DNA of 64,000 bases from Alphaproteobacteria bacterium. Its GTDB lineage: Bacteria > Pseudomonadota > Alphaproteobacteria > SP197. The stretch spans positions 2,048,001-2,112,000 of the forward strand of contig OZ219747.1 of the NCBI GenBank assembly GCA_964291265.2, in the 5' to 3' direction. This document shows positions 20,532-30,336 of this stretch, piece by piece; position 1 is the stretch's first letter; the number at the start of each line of letters is the position of its first letter. The position numbers and the translations under genes were made by a program. The notes under the pieces were generated by a model. That model saw only the letters and a program-made list of their open reading frames with translations, searched no databases and was not told the DNA's origin.

Positions 20532-21648
20532 ATGCGCCCCGCCATTGCCGAACTGAAGGACAGCATCGAATCCGGTCTTGACCTCGTGCGGAGGCATCTT
20601 TGACTGGGACCGCGCCAACGCCAGGCTCGACGAACTCGAGCACCTGACCCAGGACCCGGAACTGTGGAACGATTCAGGAAAAGCCCAGGGGTTGCTGCGT
20701 GAGCGCACGCGGCTGAATGACGCCATCGGCCATGTGCGCGCCCTTCAGGACGGGCTTGCCGAACACCTGGAACTGGCCGAACTGGCCGAGGCCGAAGGCG
20801 AGGAGGACCTCGTCGGGCAGTGCGTCGAGGCGCTCGAGGCGCTCTCCCGGCGCACCGGACAACTGCGCATTGCCAGCCTCCTTTCCGGTGAGGCGGATGG
20901 CAACGACTGCTACATCGAGGTGCATGCCGGCGCCGGCGGCACGGAAAGCCAGGACTGGGCCAGCATGCTGTTGCGCATGTACCGGCGGTGGGCGCAGCGC
21001 AGGGACTACCGTGTCGAGGACCTCGGCGAGACCCCGGGCGAGGAGGCCGGCATCAAGTCGGCGACCCTGAAGTGTGTCGGGGACGCGGCTTACGGCTGGG
21101 CCAAGACGGAGTCGGGAGTCCATCGCCTGGTGCGGATATCACCCTTCGATTCACAGATGCGCCGCCACACCAGCTTTGCCAGCGTCTCCGTGTCGCCGGT
21201 CGTCGACGACAGCATCGAGATCACCGTCGACGACAGCGACCTGCGCGTCGACACCTACCGTGCCTCCGGCGCCGGTGGTCAGCACGTCAACAAGACCGAC
21301 AGCGCCGTGCGCCTGACACACCTGCCCACGGGAATCGTCGTGCAGTGCCAGAACAACCGCTCCCAGCACCGCAACCGGGCCGAGGCGATGGCCGTCCTCA
21401 AGTCGAGGCTCTATGACCGGGAATTGCGTCGGCGCGAGGAGGAGACCCGGGCGCTTCATGCCGAAAAGAGCGATATCGGCTGGGGCCACCAGATCCGCTC
21501 CTATGTCCTGCAGCCCTACCGCATGGTCAAGGACCTGCGGACCGGGCACGAAACCAGCAACACCGATGCGGTCCTCGACGGCGACATCGACGGTTTCATC
21601 CATGCGGCCCTGGCGCAGCGCGTCGGCCAGGATTCGCTCGGGCCATGA
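20532..21648 (+). CDS. prfB: Peptide chain release factor 2 (programmed +1 frameshift)
   Basis: ATG 20532 reads to CTT TGA C (20598-20604) after an internal GGAGG; the +1 frame has the SPF and GGQ motifs. Confidence 0.96.
20589..20604 (+). promoter_or_regulatory. prfB autoregulatory frameshift site
   Basis: CGGAGGCATCTTTGAC: SD-like GGAGG plus slippery CTT-TGA-C. Confidence 0.92.
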
Positions 21649-21651
21649 CCC

Positions 21652-22473
21652 TCATCCCGGCGCCGACTGCCGCCGCGCCTTGAATCCGAGCAGGAGCGGC
21701 AGGGGCGGGAGGTCGCCGGAGCGGTGCCAGTAGCCGTCTTCCCCCCTTGTCATGTCGGGAAACTGCGGCCACGCGCAGAAGGGATACTCCCGCACCTCGT
21801 GGACCCGCAGTCCCCGATTCTCCAGGGCGGTGAAGATGTCGGACAACGACCATGTGAACTCGCGCGCCGGAGACCTGATCCGGTAGGTGGGATCGGCGTA
21901 ATCGGGATTGCCGGCCGGTTCGTGAATCGGTTCCGGGCCGTGGAAGTAGTCATAGCGCACGACGGGGACCGACGATGATTCATCGAAGACCCATGACAGG
22001 GGGTGGGCTTCGAGAATGTAGAAGAACCCGTCGTCCGCCAGGTTGGCATCGATGGTGGCCGCCCAGCCGTCGAGATCGCTGATCCACACGAGGACGCCGA
22101 GAGAGGTGAAGACGATGTCGAAGGGCGCGCCGGCGAGCCGTCCGGCGGTCGTGACGTCGGCCTCGATGAAGCGGGCCCGTGTTTCAAGGCGGCACCTCCG
22201 GTTCAGACGCTCCGCCGCTGCGAGGGCGGCAGGCGAAAAGTCGACACCGACGACATCGGCCCCGAGCCTCGCCCAGGACAGGGTGTCGAGGCCGAAATGG
22301 CACTGCAGGTGGAGAAGTGTCCTGCCGGCGACGTCGCCGACGGCCTGCCGCTCGACCGTACCCAGGGTGTTGCGGCCGTCGACAAAGCCGGCGACGTCGT
22401 AGAACGCGCTTGCCTCGTGAACCGGCGTGACCTCGTCCCAGCGGACGCGATTGATGGCCGTGTCGCTGTTCAT
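21652..22473 (-). CDS. Class I SAM-dependent methyltransferase
   Basis: LLHLQCHFGLDTLSWARLGA.VVGVDFS motif; start re-called at MNSDTA. Confidence 0.88.
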   Translation of the reverse strand: MNSDTAINRVRWDEVTPVHEASAFYDVAGFVDGRNTLGTVERQAVGDVAGRTLLHLQCHFGLDTLSWARLGADVVGVDFSPAALAAAERLNRRCRLETRARFIEADVTTAGRLAGAPFDIVFTSLGVLVWISDLDGWAATIDANLADDGFFYILEAHPLSWVFDESSSVPVVRYDYFHGPEPIHEPAGNPDYADPTYRIRSPAREFTWSLSDIFTALENRGLRVHEVREYPFCAWPQFPDMTRGEDGYWHRSGDLPPLPLLLGFKARRQSAPG

Positions 22474-22511
22474 CGCGTTCACCTCGATGTGCCTTGAAAC
22501 GACACCTCGCG

Positions 22512-23363
22512 CTACAGGCGGTGCCCCCTGTCGCGGGCATAGGCAAAATAGAGTTCGCGGGCCTCGCGGTAGACCGGCCCGGGCTGCAGGTCGCGATCGT
22601 CGATGCGGGTGGCAGGCATGACCTTGTTGTAGTTGCCGGTCGAGAACACTTCGTCGGCGCTGCGGACCTCGTCCCAGGTCATGGAACGCTCGAAGACCTC
22701 CCAGCCGGCATCGCGCAGGAGTGACATCACCCGGCGGCGTGTGATGCCGGCAAGGAAGGTTCCGTTCTCGACGGGCGTATGCACCTGGCCATCCCGGACG
22801 ATGAAGATGTTGGCCGTGGCGAACTCGGCGACGTGGCCTTCGTGGTCGAGCATCACCGGATTGTCGAACCCCCGCGCATTGGCGCGGCGCACCGCATCGC
22901 CGGTCACCGGATAAAGGCATGAAGCCTTGGCGAGGGTGGGCGCCATGTCGGGGGCCGGACGACGCAGTTCGGAAAGACACGCCGAAAACCCCTTCGGTTC
23001 GGCCATGGGAGCCACCTCCAGGACCATCAGGAACCTGGTGAGCTCGGGAACCGCCCACAGGGAATCGCTGACGCCGCTCCAGAACGTCGGCCTGACGTAG
23101 AGATGGGCGTCCGCCGGGAAGCGACGCGCCATGTCGCGTGCGAGTTCGACCAGATCGTCGACCGACTGTTGCGGCTCCATGCCCATGACCCTCGCGGACC
23201 TGAGGCACCGTTCGCAGTGGCGGTCGATGTCGGGTATGGCGCCGTCGAAGGCGCGAGCGCCGTCAAAAACCTGCGTGGCGAACCAGAACGACTGGTCCAG
23301 CGGCCCCATGATCATGGGGTTGCCTTCATGGAAGGCGCCGTCGAAATAGGTAAGCTGTTCCAT
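22512..23363 (-). CDS. Branched-chain amino acid aminotransferase (class IV)
   Basis: VFDGARAF, AKASCLY, EFATANIF, FLAGITRRRV, EVFSTGN. Confidence 0.9.
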   Translation of the reverse strand: MEQLTYFDGAFHEGNPMIMGPLDQSFWFATQVFDGARAFDGAIPDIDRHCERCLRSARVMGMEPQQSVDDLVELARDMARRFPADAHLYVRPTFWSGVSDSLWAVPELTRFLMVLEVAPMAEPKGFSACLSELRRPAPDMAPTLAKASCLYPVTGDAVRRANARGFDNPVMLDHEGHVAEFATANIFIVRDGQVHTPVENGTFLAGITRRRVMSLLRDAGWEVFERSMTWDEVRSADEVFSTGNYNKVMPATRIDDRDLQPGPVYREARELYFAYARDRGHRL

Positions 23364-23514
23364 GGTTGATCGACTGTCCCGCACCAGAGCCACGCCCTTC
23401 TAGCACGGTCCGGTTCGCAAGTGCAGGGGTTCAAGTTGGCAGGGCGGCCATGGGCGCAGGCGACGGTCGGTCCGATTTGCATGCGCGTGGTGTGGGAGGA
23501 GGGAGTGTCACCGG

Positions 23515-24564
23515 ATGCTGGACGCCTGGCGCCTTCTCGGCCCCGTGATGGGCCTCATCGAACCAGAGCGCGCCCATGACCTGGCCCTCAGGGCCCTGGA
23601 GAGCGGTGGGGCTGGACGGTGGACGCGGAGGGAACGGCCCGGGCTGGCGATCACCCTCTTCGGGCTGGACTTTCCCAATCCCCTGGGGCTGGCAGCGGGG
23701 TTTGACAAGAATGCAAGGGTGACGGCGCAGATGCTGGCGGCGGGATTCGGATTCGTCGAGGCCGGCACCGTGACGCCCCGGCCCCAGACCGGCAATCCGC
23801 GGCCGCGGATCTTTCGCTTGCCGGCCGACAGGGCCGTGATCAATCGCCTTGGCTTCAACAACGAGGGCATGGACCAGGTGGCGATGCGCCTCGAGGCGCG
23901 CCGACGGGATGCCGGAATCGTCGGCATCAACATCGGCATGAACCGCGACAGCGCCGATGCCGCCCGCGACTACCGGCGTGTCCTCATCCGACTCGCTCCT
24001 CTTGCCGACTACGTCGTCATCAACGTGTCGTCGCCCAACACGCCAGGCCTGCGGGATCTCCAGGCCGTGCGCCAGCTCTCGAAGCTCCTGGAATCGCTCC
24101 GGAGCGGGCGCCCTGAAGGCCAGGACGCGCCCCTGCTGCTCAAGCTTGCTCCCGATCTGGCGTCCGAGGATGCGGGGGATGCGGCCAGGGTGGCGGCCGA
24201 TCACGGGGTCGCCGGTCTGGTCGTGTCCAACACGACGATCAGCCGGCCGCCCGGGCTGCGTCACCGCCATGCCCGTGAGGCCGGCGGTCTTTCGGGCTCG
24301 CCGCTCTTCGATCTCTCCACCGGCATGGTGCGCACACTCCACCGTGCGGGCGACGGCGCCATGCCGATCATCGGAACGGGCGGCATCATGTCGGCCGAAG
24401 ACGCCTACCGGAAGATTCGCGCGGGCGCCTCGCTGATCCAGATCTACACCGCGCTCATCTGGCACGGACCTCGTGTCGTCGGGCGCATTCTCGACGGTCT
24501 CGAGGAGCACCTGGCCGCGGACGGCCTGGGGTATCTGGCGGAGGCCGTCGGCGCCGATACGTGA
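23515..24564 (+). CDS. pyrD: Quinone-dependent dihydroorotate dehydrogenase
   Basis: NPLGLAAGFDKN, NRLGFNN, NVSSPNTPGLR, LKLAPD, SNTT. Confidence 0.95.
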   Translation: MLDAWRLLGPVMGLIEPERAHDLALRALESGGAGRWTRRERPGLAITLFGLDFPNPLGLAAGFDKNARVTAQMLAAGFGFVEAGTVTPRPQTGNPRPRIFRLPADRAVINRLGFNNEGMDQVAMRLEARRRDAGIVGINIGMNRDSADAARDYRRVLIRLAPLADYVVINVSSPNTPGLRDLQAVRQLSKLLESLRSGRPEGQDAPLLLKLAPDLASEDAGDAARVAADHGVAGLVVSNTTISRPPGLRHRHAREAGGLSGSPLFDLSTGMVRTLHRAGDGAMPIIGTGGIMSAEDAYRKIRAGASLIQIYTALIWHGPRVVGRILDGLEEHLAADGLGYLAEAVGADT

Positions 24565-25170
24565 TCATGACCGATACCAGGCCCACAGCACGCGCGCGGC
24601 CACGGCGCGCCAGGGCCGCCAGGGTTCGCCGAGGGTCGCCATCTGCCGCAGGTCCGGACGCGGAACGATGGAGAACACCCCCGCGGCGGCCGTTTGCAAG
24701 GCCACGTCGCCCGCCGGCCAGGCGTCGGATCGTCCAAGGCACGACAGCAGATAGGTCTGGGCGGTCCACTCCCCGATGCCGTGAAGCGCGGTCAGTGCGT
24801 TCTTCGCGTCGTCGTCTCCCAGGGTCGTGAGGTCGTCCAGCAGACCGTCGCGCGCTGCACTTGCTGCGGCATGGAAGGCCCGACCCTTGGAGCGGGTCAG
24901 TCCGAGGGTCCGCAGGTGGTCCACCGGAACCCCGAGGACGGCGCCCGCGTCGCTGGAATCGAACGTCGCGTCGAGGCGCTTGCGGATGCTGGCGGCGGCC
25001 TTGAGAGACACCGACTGCTCCGTGACGATGGCGAGCAGGGTTGCCAGACCTGCCGGCTCTTTCCTCAAGGGAATGGTCCCCAGCCGCTGCACGACCGGTC
25101 GGAACCGGGATTCGAGACCGACGAGCGCCTCGATACCCTCCTCGAGATCTGCCTGGGTGGTGATGATCAT
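24565..25170 (-). CDS. DNA-3-methyladenine glycosylase II family (HhH-GPD)
   Basis: EQSVSLKAA, LHGIGEWTA, DAWPAGD, WRPWRAVAARVLW. Confidence 0.88.
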   Translation of the reverse strand: MIITTQADLEEGIEALVGLESRFRPVVQRLGTIPLRKEPAGLATLLAIVTEQSVSLKAAASIRKRLDATFDSSDAGAVLGVPVDHLRTLGLTRSKGRAFHAAASAARDGLLDDLTTLGDDDAKNALTALHGIGEWTAQTYLLSCLGRSDAWPAGDVALQTAAAGVFSIVPRPDLRQMATLGEPWRPWRAVAARVLWAWYRS

Positions 25171-25260
25171 GGCGCCTTGATCCGTCCAGCCGCTTGCGCG
25201 GGATCGTCGGACACTCGAAGATATCGTGCAAGCAGCCTGGATTCGGCAAAGAGAAGAGTC

Positions 25261-25854
25261 ATGTCATCAACCATCCCGGCCCGTGGCGGCAAGGCCGTGC
25301 GCCTGGCCCGCGGCGCAGCGGTCCGCATCATCAACACCCATGGCACGCAGGTTGTCGACACCTGGGCGTTCAAAGGCGACGATGTCTCGGAATACATGGC
25401 GATGGATGCCACACGCGCCTTCAATCAGCGTCTCACTCCATGTGTGGGCGACCGGTTTGTCACCAACCGCCGGCGCCCGATCCTGGTCCTCGAAGAGGAC
25501 ACCTCGCCCGGCCGCCACGACACCCTGATGGCGGCCTGCGACCGCTGGCGTTATGAGCTGCTGGGTGTCAGGGGATACCACGACAACTGTGCCGACAATC
25601 TCTCGCGGGCCATGAGAGAGCTCGGCTTGCGCTTGACGCACACGCCGTCGCCTCTCAATCTCTTCATGAACATCCCCTGGCAGGAAGACGGCGGGCTCGC
25701 ATTCGAGACGCCGCTGTCGACTCCCGGTGACCATGTCCTGCTGCGCGCCCTCATGGATTGCGTGGTCGCCATGTCGGCCTGTCCTCAGGACCTGCTGCCG
25801 ATCAACGGGCTGAACCAGGAACCGACCGAGGCCCACTTCGAGATCGTGACCTGA
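25261..25854 (+). CDS. DUF1989 / urea-carboxylase-associated family protein
   Basis: INTHGTQVVDTWAF, HDTLMAACD, HDNCADN, PLNLFMN, SACPQD. Confidence 0.85.
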   Translation: MSSTIPARGGKAVRLARGAAVRIINTHGTQVVDTWAFKGDDVSEYMAMDATRAFNQRLTPCVGDRFVTNRRRPILVLEEDTSPGRHDTLMAACDRWRYELLGVRGYHDNCADNLSRAMRELGLRLTHTPSPLNLFMNIPWQEDGGLAFETPLSTPGDHVLLRALMDCVVAMSACPQDLLPINGLNQEPTEAHFEIVT

Positions 25855-25975
25855 CGCAGCGATGGAGGCCGTATCCCCGCAAGCGAGGCAGGAGTTCCCG
25901 CTCCGCCGCCCCTGGCGACCTCGTGTGGCCCGGGCGTTATCCCGGGCCAGGAACGATGAATCGAGGAGACCGATC

Positions 25976-26080
25976 CATGGCGGTCACCGCAGTCGTTCGT
26001 TTCGCGCTCCCCGAGGACAAGGCGTCATTCAAGGAGTCCGCACCGCTCTGGCGGAGCGTCGAGGGCCTGGTGCGTCGGAC
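25976..26080 (+). pseudogene. Short remnant resembling a YdhR-like monooxygenase N-terminus
   Basis: GAGGAG SD then MAVTAVVRFALPE...FKESAPLWRSVEGLVR, after which it runs into unrelated sequence. Confidence 0.35.
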
Positions 26081-26085
26081 CGGCG

Positions 26086-26360
26086 GTGCGCATCAACGGC
26101 GTCGATGTCTTCCACCCCGACGGCATCGCCTGCCGGTTCGTCGATACCGACGACAACGAGGAGACCTTTTTCGTCCGCCAGGACTGCCTTGTCGGCGCCA
26201 GCGACCCCTCCTGCAAGGCGCCCAAGACGACGCTCAGGGCCGAGATCGACCCGGACGCCCGAGCCACCCTCAACAGCGCCCCACCCTGCCTCCGGCCGCA
26301 TCGCCGTCAAGGTCATCAACCACCTCGGCGACGAGACGAAGACAAGTGTTCCGGGTGTGA
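26086..26360 (+). pseudogene. C-terminal remnant of a type III R-M Mod-like DNA methyltransferase
   Basis: VRINGVDVFHP..DGIACRFVDTDDNEETFFVR...KTTLRAEID and, after a frameshift, SGRIAVKVINHLGDE...VFRV*; no N-terminus. Confidence 0.7.
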
Positions 26361-26417
26361 TATGGGCGGCAGGGCAGAGAGTATCCGCGCGGCGACGCCA
26401 TTGGAGAGCACCGGGAA

Positions 26418-27938
26418 ATGACTGACCAAACCGGAGACGAGTCCCTTGAACTCGAGGTGAGGGATTTCGGGCCGATCATTGAGGCGAAAATAGACCTGCG
26501 TCCGTTGACGGTGTTCGTGGGCCCAAGCAATACGGGCAAATCGTATCTGGCGATTCTCATATACGGACTGCATCGAATGTTCGGTGGAGGTCCATTCCTC
26601 ACGAGAAGTCATTTTCGCAGGAGATCCCGGTTTCCGTTGGGACATGGCAGTCAAGGACTGTCGGATGAGAACATCGATGCTCTGTATGACCTGGCAAGTT
26701 CTTTCTCTGATGATCGAGAAACTGCAAGGGAAGACGGTATTGTGCTGCCTCCATTGGTTGGTGAAACGCTGGGCTCTGCATTCAGCGAACTGGCAGGCGC
26801 ATTGTCCGACGAGATCGCTCGATGCTTCGGAGTTGGAGAAGTTGATTCACTGATTCGGCGAGGCCAAAAAAAGGAATCAGTCATCGTCATGCGGAAGCGC
26901 ATCCCAAGTCAGTCCGCTCTTGTGGAGAATACAATCACCCTCGCCCGAAATCCCGGGTTCAAGGCCATGATGCCCGAGAACATCATGATCCCGGATGATC
27001 TGGACAATGATGACTGGCGCAGGATGGGCCGATTTTTTCGTCGGGAGACACGTCATCTTGAAGAAACAGCAAATCGCGAGTATCGTCGCGAACTTGCGGC
27101 TTTTGATATTTTGCCATTCATCAGCAACCTGGTCCTTCCATCGTTGATCGGTCCCCTGCGCCTGCCAGCATTCTATCTGCCCGCCGACAGGACAGGCATC
27201 ATGCACGCCCACAGCGTGGTGGTCAGCGCGCTGATTGCAAGTGCGCCTGCTGCGGGGCTGCGTCCTGCCGCCCGCACACCGACGCTGTCCGGGGTGTTGG
27301 CTGACTTCCTCGAACAGTTGATCGGGACCGCTCAAGCCGTGCGCCCTCGCCAGGGAGCACGAGAGGATCTCAGCAAGGGTATCGAGGACGCCATTCTGGA
27401 CGGTTCGGTTCGCGTCGACCGCTCGTCTCCTGTCGATTATCCACGCTTTGCCTACCGGCCGCGAGGCTGGAAGGACGACCTGCCATTGGCCAACGCATCA
27501 TCCATGGTTTCGGAACTTGCGCCGGTGGTGTTGTATCTCCGACACGTGGTCGAGCTCGGCGATGTCCTTGTCATCGAGGAACCGGAGTCGCACCTGCACC
27601 CGGCAATGCAGGTCGCGTTCACCCGCCAGCTTGCCGCGCTCATCGAGGCGGGAGTCCGGGTGATCGTCACCACCCACAGCGAATGGCTGCTGGAAGAGCT
27701 GGCGAATATCGTGCGGCGGTCGAGGCTTTCCGAGGCAGACCGCGGCGACAACATCGCACTGCGTCCCGACCAGGTGGGTGTATGGTTGTTCCAGCCGAAG
27801 ACAAGGCCCAAGGGTTCGGTGGTCAAGGAGATAGGCCTCGGGGACTCCGGCCTGTATCCTTCCGGCTTCGATGATGTCGCGAGCGCCCTGCACAATGATT
27901 GGGCCGACACGGAAAGTCGCATCGAGGGCGGCTCGTGA
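26418..27938 (+). CDS. ABC-superfamily AAA_15/AAA_21 ATPase
   Basis: Walker A GPSNTGKS, signature-like ASSMVSELAP, Walker B IEEPESHLHP, H-loop TTHS; AT-richer central region. Confidence 0.88.
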   Translation: MTDQTGDESLELEVRDFGPIIEAKIDLRPLTVFVGPSNTGKSYLAILIYGLHRMFGGGPFLTRSHFRRRSRFPLGHGSQGLSDENIDALYDLASSFSDDRETAREDGIVLPPLVGETLGSAFSELAGALSDEIARCFGVGEVDSLIRRGQKKESVIVMRKRIPSQSALVENTITLARNPGFKAMMPENIMIPDDLDNDDWRRMGRFFRRETRHLEETANREYRRELAAFDILPFISNLVLPSLIGPLRLPAFYLPADRTGIMHAHSVVVSALIASAPAAGLRPAARTPTLSGVLADFLEQLIGTAQAVRPRQGAREDLSKGIEDAILDGSVRVDRSSPVDYPRFAYRPRGWKDDLPLANASSMVSELAPVVLYLRHVVELGDVLVIEEPESHLHPAMQVAFTRQLAALIEAGVRVIVTTHSEWLLEELANIVRRSRLSEADRGDNIALRPDQVGVWLFQPKTRPKGSVVKEIGLGDSGLYPSGFDDVASALHNDWADTESRIEGGS

Positions 27939-28402
27939 CGGCGCTCTTGGACGACATTCGCGGGAAGATCGGGGAACGCTGTTTGGTCAGGAAGTTGAGC
28001 AAGGACGGATGCCGGGTGGTGATGACCAACGCGCCCAATCCCAGACTGATCGTCGATTTCGACAGACCTGAATCACCGCTGGCGGCAGATGAAACGCGCT
28101 GCGACTACCTCCTGATCGCCGAAGGCAAGGATGCGCAAGGTTGGGTCATGGTTCTTGAGTTGAAACGGGGACAGTTGCACGCGGACAAGGTCGTCAGCCA
28201 GTTGCAGGCAGGTGCGTCTGCTGCCGAGAAGCTCATGTCTTCCGGCCATGCAATCCGGTTTCGACCGATCGCCGTCTCTGGCAGAACGTCCATGCATGAA
28301 CGAAGACAGCTGAGAAAGACATCAATCAGGTTCCACGAACACAAGGAACCCATCAGAAGGATGTCGTGTGGTGACAAGCTGACAACGGCACTTCTCCCAT
28401 GA
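27935..28402 (+). CDS. Small putative PD-(D/E)XK-type nuclease
   Basis: GTGA overlap with the ATPase stop; RCDYLLIAE...VLELKRG resembles a D...ExK catalytic motif. Confidence 0.55.
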   Translation: MTALLDDIRGKIGERCLVRKLSKDGCRVVMTNAPNPRLIVDFDRPESPLAADETRCDYLLIAEGKDAQGWVMVLELKRGQLHADKVVSQLQAGASAAEKLMSSGHAIRFRPIAVSGRTSMHERRQLRKTSIRFHEHKEPIRRMSCGDKLTTALLP

Positions 28403-28833
28403 AGCACATGGGAGACTGTCGATGTCGCGCTGCCGCTTGCAGCGATCAATACGTGTGTCTGTCTTCGTCAAGTCGCGCTTGGATGCCGAGCGCCGCCATG
28501 ATGCCGCCTGGCGGGCCGGTATCCGGCAGCGCCTGGGTGTCTGAGCCAGCGATCCGTGTACTTCCACTCGCCGGGGATCGTCGACAACGACGCAGGCGAG
28601 GTCACAACGGCGGCCTGATCGCGACTGTCCTGCCCTTGATGACGGTGCGGCGGGGGCGTCAGTTCCTGCCATGGGCGGGCGTGGGCCCTGACACTCCGGA
28701 ATCACGTCTTTCAACACGTCACCTCGCCGAATGGCGTCTTGCCTGCAACCCGACCTCGGGGCGCGTGACACGGTTGCGCCGACGCGGGACAGCGTGACAG
28801 GATCGCCTCCGCCGGGAGGCAGGGGAGAGTATC

Positions 28834-30336
28834 ATGGCACGTATCGCGGTGGGTGGATTCCAGCACGAGACGAACACCTTCGCGTCGACAGGCGCGGACT
28901 ATCATGACTTCGAACACCACGATGCCTGGCCTGGCCTGACACGCGGTCCGGAGCTCTTCGACGCCGTTGCCGGCATCAACCTCGCTCTGGAATCGTTCAT
29001 TCGCCAGGCGAGTGATGACGGTCACGAACTCGTGCCGCTTCTGTGGGCCTCCGCCGAGCCCTCTTCCCATGTCACGGTGGACGCATTCGAGAGGATCGTC
29101 GGCATGATGACCGATGATCTGGCGCGCCTCGGCCCCTTCGACGCGGTCTTCCTCGATCTCCACGGGGCCATGGTCACCGCGCACTGCGAGGACGGCGAAG
29201 GAGAAACCCTCGCGCGTGTCCGCAGTGTCGTCGGGCATTCCGTTCCCGTCGTCAACAGCCTCGATCTCCATGCGAACATCACGGAACGCATGGTGGCCAT
29301 GTCCTCGGCCATGACGGTCTACCGGACCTATCCGCATGTCGACATGGACGAGACGGGACACCGTTGCTATCGCCTGGCGATGCGCCTGCTCTCCGGAGAA
29401 TCCCTGGCGAAGGGGTTCGCCCGGTCGCCGTTCCTGGTACCGCTTTCTGCCCAGTGGACCGGCGCGCCTCCCAACGATGGTTTCTATGATGACGTCAGGC
29501 GACGCGAACATGCCGGTGTCGCGAGCGCGGACCTGGCTCTTGGCTTCCCGCCTGCCGACATCGCCGAATGCGGACCGGCCGCACTCGCCTACGATGCCGA
29601 TTCCCGCCGCGCCGATGAGACCGCGCGGGGGATCATGGCGGGTTTCATCCGTGCCGAGGATGTCTTCGACAATGCGCTGCTTGGCGCCGATGAGGCCGTG
29701 AGAATCGCCATGGCCGAGCCGGTCGGTCCGGTGGTTCTCGCCGACGCCCAGGACAATCCCGGCGCCGGTGGCACCTCCGACACGGTGGGTATTCTCGAAG
29801 CCCTCGTGCGCCATCACGCCACCGGCGCGGCTCTCGCCCTGCTGTGGGATCCCGAGGTGGCGCGGGAAGCTCATGCCCGGGGGGAGGGGAGCACCTTCGA
29901 TGCGCCTCTCGGCGGCAAGTCCGGCAGACCGGGCCAATCACCCTTTCGCGGTCGATTCAGGGTCGAGCGTCTGGGCAACGGGGTCTTTGAATGCCAGGGC
30001 GAGATGTACCGCGGCGTCGTCACCAATCTCGGCCCGTTGGTCCTGCTCCGGATCGTCGATGCCGACTGCGACGTCAGGGTGGCAGTCTCGAGTGTCCGCT
30101 TCCAGAACCTGGACCAGGCGTGTTTCCGCCATATCGGCATCGAGCCGACGGAACAGCACATCCTTGTGGTCAAGAGCACGGTGCACTTCAGGGCCGACTA
30201 CGACCCGATTGCCGCCAGGACCCTCATCGTCGAATCGCCGGGCGAACACCCGTGCCGCCTGGACCACCTCGGGTATCGTTTCCTGCGTGACGGCGTCAGG
30301 CTGGGACCGCGCGGTCCGGAGTACCGCCGTTCATGA
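28834..30336 (+). CDS. M81 family metallopeptidase (MlrC-like)
   Basis: GGFQHETNTF, LDLHGAM, SLDLHAN, YRTYPHVDM, DNPGAGG, VKSTVHFRA. Confidence 0.92.
   Translation: MARIAVGGFQHETNTFASTGADYHDFEHHDAWPGLTRGPELFDAVAGINLALESFIRQASDDGHELVPLLWASAEPSSHVTVDAFERIVGMMTDDLARLGPFDAVFLDLHGAMVTAHCEDGEGETLARVRSVVGHSVPVVNSLDLHANITERMVAMSSAMTVYRTYPHVDMDETGHRCYRLAMRLLSGESLAKGFARSPFLVPLSAQWTGAPPNDGFYDDVRRREHAGVASADLALGFPPADIAECGPAALAYDADSRRADETARGIMAGFIRAEDVFDNALLGADEAVRIAMAEPVGPVVLADAQDNPGAGGTSDTVGILEALVRHHATGAALALLWDPEVAREAHARGEGSTFDAPLGGKSGRPGQSPFRGRFRVERLGNGVFECQGEMYRGVVTNLGPLVLLRIVDADCDVRVAVSSVRFQNLDQACFRHIGIEPTEQHILVVKSTVHFRADYDPIAARTLIVESPGEHPCRLDHLGYRFLRDGVRLGPRGPEYRRS

Noticed and set aside
20589-20604. 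prfB internal stop as a pseudogene or a novelty
   Set aside because: This is the well-known programmed +1 frameshift.
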